Below, piece after piece: positions 7,838-13,829 of a stretch of DNA of 15,337 bases. Position 1 is the stretch's first letter, and each line of letters begins with the position of its first letter. The notes beneath the pieces are model-generated. The model made no database searches. It worked only from the letters and a program-made list of their open reading frames with translations, and was not told the origin of the DNA. A program made the position numbers and the translations under genes. The DNA comes from a virus (taxonomy: Duplodnaviria > Heunggongvirae > Uroviricota > Caudoviricetes), in the IMG/VR virus record IMGVR_UViG_2534681673_000006, positions 1-15,337 of that record; one strand, 5' to 3'.

Positions 7838-7870
7838 CAAAAAATAACAAAAAGCCGGATTGCTCCGGCT
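7838..7870 (-). terminator. Rho-independent terminator ending the early (replication) operon
   Basis: Hairpin agccgga-ttgc-tccggct at 7853-7870, 5 nt after the stop of the last early gene, followed on the minus strand by UUUUGUUAUUUUUU. Confidence 0.6.
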
Positions 7871-7875
7871 GTTGA

Positions 7876-8148
7876 TTAGCTGTCTGTGTAATTACGCCAT
7901 ATTTCATCGCTTACACCATCCATACCCATTTCAGCATAAGTGCGATCGACTGCCTTTCTCAGGTCTCCGAAGTTATCCGGCGGCTCCGGTGGCCTCTGTG
8001 CCTTCCTGGAACATTCCAGCCGTCGCATCGTAACCTGATGCCGTTCCTTGTCTGTCTCCACCAGTTGCATGACTTCACCCCATCGCGCCGCCGCCCTCCG
8101 GTAAAAGCCTTTTGCCTCGAGTTCCTCCGCTATGCGGTCATGTGCCAT
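7876..8148 (-). CDS. Small regulator-like protein, 90 aa, possibly PerC-family (tentative)
   Basis: Start at ATG 8148 with GAGGGGG SD, 10 nt after the SSB stop. IAEELEAKGFYRRAAARWGEVM resembles, from memory, PerC-type small activators. Last gene before the head-operon control region. Confidence 0.45.
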   Translation of the reverse strand: MAHDRIAEELEAKGFYRRAAARWGEVMQLVETDKERHQVTMRRLECSRKAQRPPEPPDNFGDLRKAVDRTYAEMGMDGVSDEIWRNYTDS

Positions 8149-8158
8149 CGTCACCCCC

Positions 8159-8569
8159 TCAGAACGGAATATCATCACCGTAAGGGTCATCGCCTCCCGC
8201 TGGTGGCTGATTACCCTGTGTGCCTGTGGCTTTGCGTCTGTTCCCGCCAGGACGTGCCGCGCGGGCACTGATTACGCTGTCCGCAATAACCTGATACCCC
8301 TGCCGTGTTTCCCCGTTCTGTCCGGTCCACTGGCTTACCTGCATCGTGCCGGATACGCTGGCAACATCGCCTTTTTGATGTTTAGCCAGGAAATCGGCCT
8401 GTTTGCCAAATGCGATAACCGATAACCATAACGTCGCCTGTCCGTCATGTGCCTGGCTGCATGGCAACGATACCGCCATACGCGCCAGAGTCATCGGTGT
8501 GCCCTTGCTGCTCTGTTTTACCAGCGGGTCGTCCACCAGCCGCCCGTAAGCTGCAATTTGTGCTGTCAT
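8159..8569 (-). CDS. ssb: Single-stranded DNA-binding protein
   Basis: 136 aa; N-terminal OB-fold pattern (IAAYGRLVDDP...WLSVIAFGKQADFLAKHQKGD...VSQWTGQNGETRQGYQVIADSV), Gly/Pro-rich linker and the canonical acidic tail DDIPF. GAGGTGG SD. Confidence 0.85.
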   Translation of the reverse strand: MTAQIAAYGRLVDDPLVKQSSKGTPMTLARMAVSLPCSQAHDGQATLWLSVIAFGKQADFLAKHQKGDVASVSGTMQVSQWTGQNGETRQGYQVIADSVISARAARPGGNRRKATGTQGNQPPAGGDDPYGDDIPF

Positions 8570-8578
8570 ATTGCCACC

Positions 8579-8884
8579 TCAGTGAAGCGATCCGGCGTTG
8601 TTCTTTTTCATCTCTTCCATCATTTTTTCAGTGAGCATTACGCACTGAAAACCCATGCTTTTGATGTCTACGGGTTTCATGCCTTTGTCTGTGGATATCA
8701 CAGGCAGAATATCCTGATACACATCGCGGTCAGGGTAACTAAGCACACAAAGCGCCCATGATGCCACGGGTGAGGATCCTTCGTCTGTTTCAACCCACCA
8801 GCCTGGTGTAGCTGCGCTTATTTGCAGAATCGTGATCCGTCCGTTGTGCTTGTAAAATTTTTCACCAAATTTTGGTTCGCTCAT
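8579..8884 (-). CDS. Hypothetical protein, 101 aa
   Basis: ATGA overlap with the upstream gene and strong GGAGAGGTGG SD. No recognisable domain. Confidence 0.55.
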   Translation of the reverse strand: MSEPKFGEKFYKHNGRITILQISAATPGWWVETDEGSSPVASWALCVLSYPDRDVYQDILPVISTDKGMKPVDIKSMGFQCVMLTEKMMEEMKKNNAGSLH

Positions 8885-9132
8885 GATTCCACCTCTCCGG
8901 TTTTAACGTTGATTGTTGTTACCTGTTCCGCTTCGGCAATCTCCCGTTCTGTCAGCGTGGCAAAGTTTGCCGCCGCTGTGGTCATGAATGCGCTTATCAG
9001 TTCGGGATGCTCCTTCGCGTATCCTTCCCCCGCGTGGCGGTCTATCGTTCTGATTGCCACCTTTAAAGCGTGCTCTGTCATGTCTAACGCTTTATATTTT
9101 GGCTGTGTTCTGTCTCTGCGTTTTTGTGTCAT
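8881..9132 (-). CDS. Hypothetical protein, ~83 aa (start uncertain)
   Basis: Start taken at ATG 9132 (GGGGAG just upstream) because the longer ORF to 9327 would run through the iteron array. ATGA-coupled to the downstream gene. Confidence 0.4.
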   Translation of the reverse strand: MTQKRRDRTQPKYKALDMTEHALKVAIRTIDRHAGEGYAKEHPELISAFMTTAAANFATLTEREIAEAEQVTTINVKTGEVES

Positions 9133-9145
9133 CTCCCCACCTATA

Positions 9146-9335
9146 CCCACTTTTACCCCCCACTTTTCACAATTCCCCATCTCGTTAAAGGCGTGGGATT
9201 TGTAATTTTTATCATGCTGTTTCATAAGGATTTTTTTGCTCCCCACTTTTTGGGATGTATACAGGTCAAAAAGTGGGGGATTGTGTTTAAATTTTGTTAA
9301 ATTCCCCATACCCACCACTTTTGCCACCCACTTTT
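9146..9335. repeat. Iteron array (CCCACTTTT, at least 6 copies, both orientations); candidate replication origin
   Basis: Copies at 9146, 9159, 9242, 9269 (inverted), 9314 and 9327, including a perfect IR ccccacttttt-17 nt-aaaaagtgggg. AT-rich spacers. Directly downstream of the replication ATPase stop (9335). Confidence 0.55.
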
Positions 9336-10318
9336 TACAGTGGCCCTACATCATCGCCGTCAACATAGATAACGCCGTCTTTTTCCAGCTTGCCCAGCCA
9401 GCGCCGGAAGTGCTTTATTTCGTACCCCAGTTTTTTCATGTCATCACGTAACAGCGGGATCGTGCACTTGTCGCCGTTCTGTGTGCGTGAACGGATACAC
9501 CCCCATAGCGCGGTATGGTTTTCCGTCTTGTTGCCTGCCTCTTCGATGCGCTCCAGTTCAACGGGAGGGCGCGGCTTATCCACCACCACCAGCGACGAGA
9601 TTAACTCCCCGTCAGCGTCGGTAAAAAGCTCCACCACCCGCAAATCATAGGCAGCCTCTTTGAGTTCCTCCGCGTCCTTCATTTTGGTGCATGAGATAAC
9701 CAGCGCTTCGCTTCCTGCGTCCTCCCTGCGTATCCGGTATTCAGCATCCAGCGAAGCACGAAATGCACTGGAACCGCGCGCGCCTTTCGTCTCATCCTTG
9801 CCGGAATGGTGAACCACCAGCACCGTGGCCCCTGTGCGTCGTTTCAGTTCGTCACAACCACGGATAAACGCCCCCATATCACGGGAATCATTTTCATCAT
9901 TCCCACCAAAGCAACGCGCCAGCGTATCCAGAATAATCATGCGTACAGGTTTACCCGTTTCCCGCTCCACCTGACGGGCAGCGATAACCATTTCATCAAC
10001 ATCAAGCGGGGCAGCCGGAAAGATGGGGCGGTTTACCAGATACAGATTTTTCACCTGCTCATCGTGCACAACCTCCCAGGCTTTTACACGACGCGGAACA
10101 CCTATACCGCCTTCACCAACCACATAGAGAACCGCACCATGTGCAACCCTGCGGCCTCCCCACTGGCGACCAGTGGCAACATGGCACGCCCACGATCCGG
10201 CAAGGAATGATTTATAGGACCCGCTAGCCCCGTATATGCTGCATAGCGATACCGCCGGAATAATCCCCTTAACCACGTAATCCAGTTGCGTGTCATATCC
10301 GGTAGATCCAACGCTCAT
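9335..10318 (-). CDS. Replication ATPase, AAA_25 / RepA-like (RecA-fold helicase or loader) with C-terminal winged-helix-like domain
   Basis: 327 aa; Walker A GASGSYKS, Walker B MIILDT, VVHHSGKDETKGARGSSAF motif typical of AAA_25 proteins. ATGA overlap with upstream gene. Confidence 0.75.
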   Translation of the reverse strand: MSVGSTGYDTQLDYVVKGIIPAVSLCSIYGASGSYKSFLAGSWACHVATGRQWGGRRVAHGAVLYVVGEGGIGVPRRVKAWEVVHDEQVKNLYLVNRPIFPAAPLDVDEMVIAARQVERETGKPVRMIILDTLARCFGGNDENDSRDMGAFIRGCDELKRRTGATVLVVHHSGKDETKGARGSSAFRASLDAEYRIRREDAGSEALVISCTKMKDAEELKEAAYDLRVVELFTDADGELISSLVVVDKPRPPVELERIEEAGNKTENHTALWGCIRSRTQNGDKCTIPLLRDDMKKLGYEIKHFRRWLGKLEKDGVIYVDGDDVGPL

Positions 10319-10734
10319 CGGTAGCGTGGTTTTTCGCTGGTGGTTTTTTCTTCCGCCGGCTCTTTCCCGCGCACCCGTTCCAGGTATTCGCGCCAGTTCT
10401 CCCGCATATGGCTGTGCATCCCTTCGGGGTAATAATTCGCATCAGTTACACCCGCCGCCGCCAGCTTGTGCGCAATGGCATTAATATTTGATGGCCTGAT
10501 GTGGCCTGCCTTGTACAGCCGGACACAATAGCGCCCCTCGTCGATGATTCTCAGGTCTGCCAGTTCATCCAGTTGATCATCAGCCAGCACAACGGGAGGC
10601 ACATTATCGCCAGCCAGTCGCCCGTCCTGTTCCTGCCACTGTTTCGCATGTGCCCAGGCATCACTACCCGCAAAAATAATGACTTCGGTCATCTTGTCGT
10701 AAGGCTGTTTTTTTAAGTTCGGTGCGCTTTTCAT
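10315..10734 (-). CDS. Hypothetical protein, 139 aa, translationally coupled to the replication ATPase
   Basis: ATGA overlaps at both ends. No recognisable domain; position suggests a replication accessory role. Confidence 0.5.
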   Translation of the reverse strand: MKSAPNLKKQPYDKMTEVIIFAGSDAWAHAKQWQEQDGRLAGDNVPPVVLADDQLDELADLRIIDEGRYCVRLYKAGHIRPSNINAIAHKLAAAGVTDANYYPEGMHSHMRENWREYLERVRGKEPAEEKTTSEKPRYR

Positions 10735-11030
10735 TTCTTGCCCCTGAATCCGTTAATCATGGTTTTCAGCTTCTGGATGTTTGCCCGTGCCCTGGCGTTG
10801 CTGGTGGGCACGTTATGCGGCGCGGTCTGTACCAGAGAAAAATCACGCCGGAACTGATAAACAGGCATCACGCAATCATATTCGTAACCTTCACGGCGGT
10901 AAGTTACGCACCGTCCCGCCACGCCCTTAATCATTACCGTGCCGCCGTACTGGTCGCGGTAAATATCACCGCGCGTAAATTTAGGGTGAGTGTTGCCACT
11001 GGCAGTTAAGCCAGAATATTTAAGTTTCAT
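10731..11030 (-). CDS. Hypothetical protein, 99 aa
   Basis: GGAGA SD 9 nt upstream of ATG 11030; ATGA-coupled downstream. No recognisable domain. Confidence 0.5.
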   Translation of the reverse strand: MKLKYSGLTASGNTHPKFTRGDIYRDQYGGTVMIKGVAGRCVTYRREGYEYDCVMPVYQFRRDFSLVQTAPHNVPTSNARARANIQKLKTMINGFRGKK

Positions 11031-11035
11031 TATTT

Positions 11036-11269
11036 TTATTCTCCGGTGTGCTGTTCGCTATATCTGTCGTGCAATGTCTCTATTTCTTGTAGTTCCATTA
11101 TTACAGGCTCAAGAAGCGTTATTAATGCCGTGACAATTCTTGATTTTTGTTTGTCGCGTTCATTGTCGCCAAGTGTTTCAAGCCATATGCGCAATATTTC
11201 CAGCATGTTTTCACTGTGAGAAAGTGCAAGAAATACGCGTTCTGTTGTTTCGTGGTAAATATCACGCAT
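11036..11269 (-). CDS. Hypothetical protein, 77 aa
   Basis: GAGGA SD; start overlaps the upstream stop by 8 nt. No recognisable domain. Confidence 0.5.
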   Translation of the reverse strand: MRDIYHETTERVFLALSHSENMLEILRIWLETLGDNERDKQKSRIVTALITLLEPVIMELQEIETLHDRYSEQHTGE

Positions 11270-11495
11270 GGCTTACATCCTCAGGAAATTTTCTTCTGTA
11301 ACGCGCCTCTGCCACATATTCCGCATAATCGGCGGCGATATTCAGTACATCAAGCCCCGTTGATTTATATTCTCTCGTGGAAAGTAAGAAAAAAGCCGCT
11401 CTAATAAGTTCTGGCATTGACGAAAGCGCATCAGCCGCATCATCAGGAACGCCGGAAAATTCTTGTTTCAGGGAATTAAAACGATCATCACGCAT
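11262..11495 (-). CDS. Hypothetical protein, ~77 aa
   Basis: Start taken at ATG 11495 (GGGGGG SD), overlapping the upstream stop by 8 nt. No recognisable domain. Confidence 0.45.
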   Translation of the reverse strand: MRDDRFNSLKQEFSGVPDDAADALSSMPELIRAAFFLLSTREYKSTGLDVLNIAADYAEYVAEARYRRKFPEDVSHA

Positions 11496-11928
11496 AACCC
11501 CCCCCATTTTCACAATCAGCAACAAGAATATTTTTAGCGTCATTCAGCGACCGCGTTGCGGTGTATCGGATACATTCCAGGGCGAATAGTGTGTATTCTT
11601 CCCTTTCTTCCTTTTGTGCAAGCTCTGCTGTGCATTCAATATCAATAAGCGCGTGCATCAGCGTAGTGAGTGCGGCGGCGGCTGCGTCCGGTGTGGTTTT
11701 ATTGCACATGTACCCCTCCGCATTTTTTTCGTTAGAAATAAGCGTTCTTCTTTCCTGTTCATCGATCAGGAATACGCAGACCTCACCGCTAAGGCGTTTA
11801 AGTAAGCCGATGATTGCCCCTGATTCGCTGTCGGTCATCATGCCTGGGTAATCCTCTGCCAGTGCGCAAATAACTTCGATTTGGTGGGCGCGTTCTGCTG
11901 CCTGTTGTAGTGTGATTTCCTGGCTCAT
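11488..11928 (-). CDS. Hypothetical protein, 146 aa
   Basis: GGGGGT SD; ATGA overlap with upstream gene. No recognisable domain. Confidence 0.5.
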   Translation of the reverse strand: MSQEITLQQAAERAHQIEVICALAEDYPGMMTDSESGAIIGLLKRLSGEVCVFLIDEQERRTLISNEKNAEGYMCNKTTPDAAAAALTTLMHALIDIECTAELAQKEEREEYTLFALECIRYTATRSLNDAKNILVADCENGGGYA

Positions 11929-12125
11929 AAGCCTACCCCCTGACGAATACGGGCGGCGAATACCATCACGCAGCCAGCCGGGGATTGCTGGCGTGCGTTC
12001 TGTTCGCTAGTGGCCTCGATGGTAATCACGCGCGGTTGTGCCGTGCTCAGGGCGATAAAACGCCAGGTGAATTTATTCAGGTTGTGCAAGTCCCGCCCTT
12101 GCGGGTGTGTGGTATGATTTCTCAT
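11925..12125 (-). CDS. Small protein, 66 aa, first gene of the leftward early operon; possibly Icd-like (tentative)
   Basis: Start at ATG 12125 with GAGGT SD. HPQGR and FAAR motifs resemble, from memory, P4-type Icd-like proteins. Downstream of the divergent operator region. Confidence 0.4.
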   Translation of the reverse strand: MRNHTTHPQGRDLHNLNKFTWRFIALSTAQPRVITIEATSEQNARQQSPAGCVMVFAARIRQGVGL

Positions 12126-12152
12126 AGCTACCTCGATACTGTTGCTATCGTT

Positions 12153-12197
12153 GGTGGTTAGACGCCCTGCATGTGTTGCGAGCACTGCGGGGCGTTG
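12153..12197. repeat. Conserved ~45-bp stem-loop element, copy A; copy B at 12943-12992
   Basis: ggttagacgccc(t/c)g(c/t)atgtgtt...cactgcggggcgttg; about 85% identical. Both copies can form a 10-bp stem with one mismatch; loops differ. Confidence 0.5.
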
Positions 12198-12223
12198 CTT
12201 AATTTGAGTGACAAAACTCAAAC

Positions 12224-12279
12224 TGTGCGCACAGATTAAAATCATATGTGCGCACAGATTAAAATCATATGTGCGCACA
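12224..12279. promoter_or_regulatory. Operator array: three copies of perfect palindrome TGTGCGCACA in 23-bp tandem repeats, in the divergent promoter region
   Basis: Palindromes at 12224-12233, 12247-12256, 12270-12279; repeat unit tgtgcgcacagattaaaatcata. A partial half-site tgtgcgcc sits at 12317-12324 near a candidate TTAACA-17-TATTGT promoter for the RHH gene. Confidence 0.55.
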
Positions 12280-12353
12280 TGTCAATACTTAACATCTCAT
12301 TTTTTTTGCTGTATTGTGTGCGCCCATAAAGTCCATTTAAGTGAGGTGCATCA

Positions 12354-12551
12354 ATGTCTAGCGGTAACACAAACAACAAATCAGCAAAGAAAAATATTCG
12401 ATTCCCACATGAGCTTATAGATGGGATTGATGCCAGCGTTGAACAAGAAAAATTAACTAATCCTAGTGCTAATTTTTCCGCATGGGTCTTAGATGCCTGT
12501 GGACGCAAATTAAAATATGAACAGCGCCGGAAGGCCAAAGAATCAGAATAA
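12354..12551 (+). CDS. Ribbon-helix-helix (CopG/Arc-like) DNA-binding protein, cassette 1
   Basis: 65 aa; GAGGTG SD 5 nt upstream. KNIRFPHELIDGIDASVEQEK...SANFSAWVLDACGRKL fits an RHH strand-helix-helix. Paralogous to the 13113-13292 protein. Confidence 0.65.
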   Translation: MSSGNTNNKSAKKNIRFPHELIDGIDASVEQEKLTNPSANFSAWVLDACGRKLKYEQRRKAKESE

Positions 12552-12600
12552 TCACTATCAGCGCCGTGGTGTGAGGTACTACGGCGCATTGCTTTACAGG
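12527..12600 (+). repeat. ~74-bp near-identical junction element (second copy 13268-13341) spanning the RHH gene 3' end and a hairpin
   Basis: aaggccaaagaatcagaataat(c/t)actatcagcgccgtgg(t/c)gtgaggtactacggcgcattgctttacagg. Stem gcgccgtgg/ctacggcgc with a GAGG-containing loop. Confidence 0.55.
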
Positions 12601-12608
12601 GCAGTAAC

Positions 12609-12836
12609 ATGACCAACAACACACTATCACCAATACAAGACACGCAAACGCAAGATGATGAAATCATCCGGCAAAGGCAGTCAGAAGCCTGCGCCAGACT
12701 TGAGGAAGAACTAACCAGAACAAAAATACCACCACCAGCGCCGCGCTTAGTTCCACCAGAAAAATTTGCCCTTGAAGATTTTGTCGATAAATACCCACGG
12801 CGGCTTAAATCCGGCAAAAACCGACCGCCAGGATGA
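12609..12836 (+). CDS. Small partner protein, cassette 1, 75 aa, unknown function
   Basis: Starts MTN; C-terminal motif FALEDFVDKYPRR is shared with the cassette-2 partner (FVLDEFLKKYSR). Proline-rich middle. No known domain. Confidence 0.5.
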   Translation: MTNNTLSPIQDTQTQDDEIIRQRQSEACARLEEELTRTKIPPPAPRLVPPEKFALEDFVDKYPRRLKSGKNRPPG

Positions 12837-12999
12837 GTGCACAAAACCGAACTATGAAACGGATTATTCCGTTTCCGGGGCGTTTGTGTGTGTATAAAGA
12901 GTAAGCTATGCTCTTTTATAGCCATAATCGTTACCTCAATTAATGGTTTGGTTAGACGCCCCGTATGTGTTCCCATCACTGCGGGGCGTTGTTGTTTTG

Positions 13000-13092
13000 G
13001 GTGTATTTCACCTTTATTTTTAAATCTACATTCAGGTGAAATACACCGCAAGACTTTTTTTATCTTTTTTTTTGCGTATACTGAAATACACC
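13000..13092. promoter_or_regulatory. Operator/promoter of cassette 2: perfect 13-bp inverted repeat ggtgtatttcacc / ggtgaaatacacc plus a third half-site overlapping a TATACT -10
   Basis: Arms at 13000-13012 and 13035-13047 (22-bp spacer); tgaaatacacc at 13082-13092 directly after TATACT (13077-13082). AGGAG SD follows. Confidence 0.55.
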
Positions 13093-13112
13093 GATTATCA
13101 GGAGAACCAGAA

Positions 13113-13292
13113 ATGGCAACAGGTGCAAAGAACGCAAAATCACAAATGACAACGGTCAGAATCCCGCATGAGGTAATGACCGATATTGAGCAACTTAAAG
13201 AACCTGGCGAAAGTACCGCCGGATTTCTAGTTACGGCAGCAAAAGGCGAGATCAAACGCCGCCAGCGCCGCAAGGCCAAAGAATCAGAATAA
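13113..13292 (+). CDS. Ribbon-helix-helix DNA-binding protein, cassette 2
   Basis: 59 aa from ATG 13113 (AGGAG SD). TTVRIPHEVMTDIEQLK...TAGFLVTAAKGEIKRRQ is paralogous to cassette 1 with divergent DNA. Shared C-terminus RRKAKESE. Confidence 0.65.
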   Translation: MATGAKNAKSQMTTVRIPHEVMTDIEQLKEPGESTAGFLVTAAKGEIKRRQRRKAKESE

Positions 13293-13349
13293 TTACTATC
13301 AGCGCCGTGGCGTGAGGTACTACGGCGCATTGCTTTACAGGTACACACA

Positions 13350-13553
13350 ATGACCAATAAAGAATCAACCAATACACCATCGCAAAAAACGAACAGAGAG
13401 CACGAAAATATGGCGCTCGAGCATGAATCAGAAAGATTCGCTCCATGCGCTTTTGTCCTTGATGAGTTTCTAAAAAAATATTCACGTTCTGAACGGATGA
13501 AAATGGCAGCACAATACGGCCCCAACAAGCAAGGTAATTGCCCACCAGCCTGA
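13350..13553 (+). CDS. Small partner protein, cassette 2, 67 aa, unknown function
   Basis: Starts MTN; same position relative to the junction hairpin as the 12609 gene; shares the F.L(E/D)(D/E)F..KY.R motif. Confidence 0.5.
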   Translation: MTNKESTNTPSQKTNREHENMALEHESERFAPCAFVLDEFLKKYSRSERMKMAAQYGPNKQGNCPPA

Positions 13554-13621
13554 TCACGGTTATCATGTTCGGGCTTATGATTGTTGACACATACGGCGCA
13601 GCGGGTTAATTGTTCAGAAAG

Positions 13622-13649
13622 GCGGTTCCATATCGGGACCGCTTTTTTT
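13622..13649 (+). terminator. Rho-independent terminator of the plus-strand RHH operon
   Basis: Stem gcggttcc/gggaccgc (8 bp, one G.U), loop atatc, followed by TTTTTTT. Confidence 0.6.
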
Positions 13650-13765
13650 ATGCCTGAAAATACCCTATAGCATGGCTTTTCAGATTCACCAGGGCGAACG
13701 AATCCCCGCCCCTGTACGGGCGTATATTTCATCATGGTTATACCTCAGTATTATGGCGTTTATTC

Positions 13766-13789
13766 CCGATACCGAGATCCCGGTATCGG
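13766..13789. promoter_or_regulatory. Perfect 9-bp inverted repeat ccgataccg-agatcc-cggtatcgg downstream of alpA
   Basis: Read from sequence. No U-tract on either strand, so more likely a protein site or an mRNA 3' stabiliser than a terminator. Confidence 0.35.
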
Positions 13790-13829
13790 TCAATAATGGA
13801 TTGGTGGTGGCTGTGTGCCGCCAGTCTTT

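Noticed and set aside
8881-9327. 148-aa ORF reading through the iteron array
   Set aside because: Its N-terminal 65 codons are encoded by the CCCACTTTT iterons and AT-rich ori DNA; an internal start at 9132 with a GGGGAG SD is more plausible.
10731-12125. Calling the small-gene cluster a known anti-phage defence system
   Set aside because: None of the products shows a hallmark defence-system domain I can recognise by eye (nuclease, helicase, SIR2/TIR, cyclase, reverse transcriptase, Walker ATPase). They remain unknowns with a context-based hypothesis only.
12224-12300. Possible CRISPR array (short tandem repeats with palindromic cores)
   Set aside because: Only three copies with 23-bp periodicity, no unique spacers of CRISPR length and no cas genes; the location between divergent promoters fits operators.
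13584-13612. Consensus TTGACA hexamer (13584-13589) as a plus-strand promoter
   Set aside because: No acceptable -10 at 16-18 bp spacing, and it would fire directly into the operon terminator 10 bp downstream.
12242-13735. 497-aa minus-strand ORF spanning the whole RHH cassette region
   Set aside because: It runs antisense across two promoter/operator regions, four plus-strand genes with good SDs, and a strong terminator. Its product is low-complexity (Cys/Ser-rich) and its internal repeats simply mirror the DNA repeats. The plus-strand RHH paralogs show protein-level conservation with DNA divergence; this ORF does not. A stop-free frame of this length is statistically unusual and worth a translation check, but I do not call it a gene.
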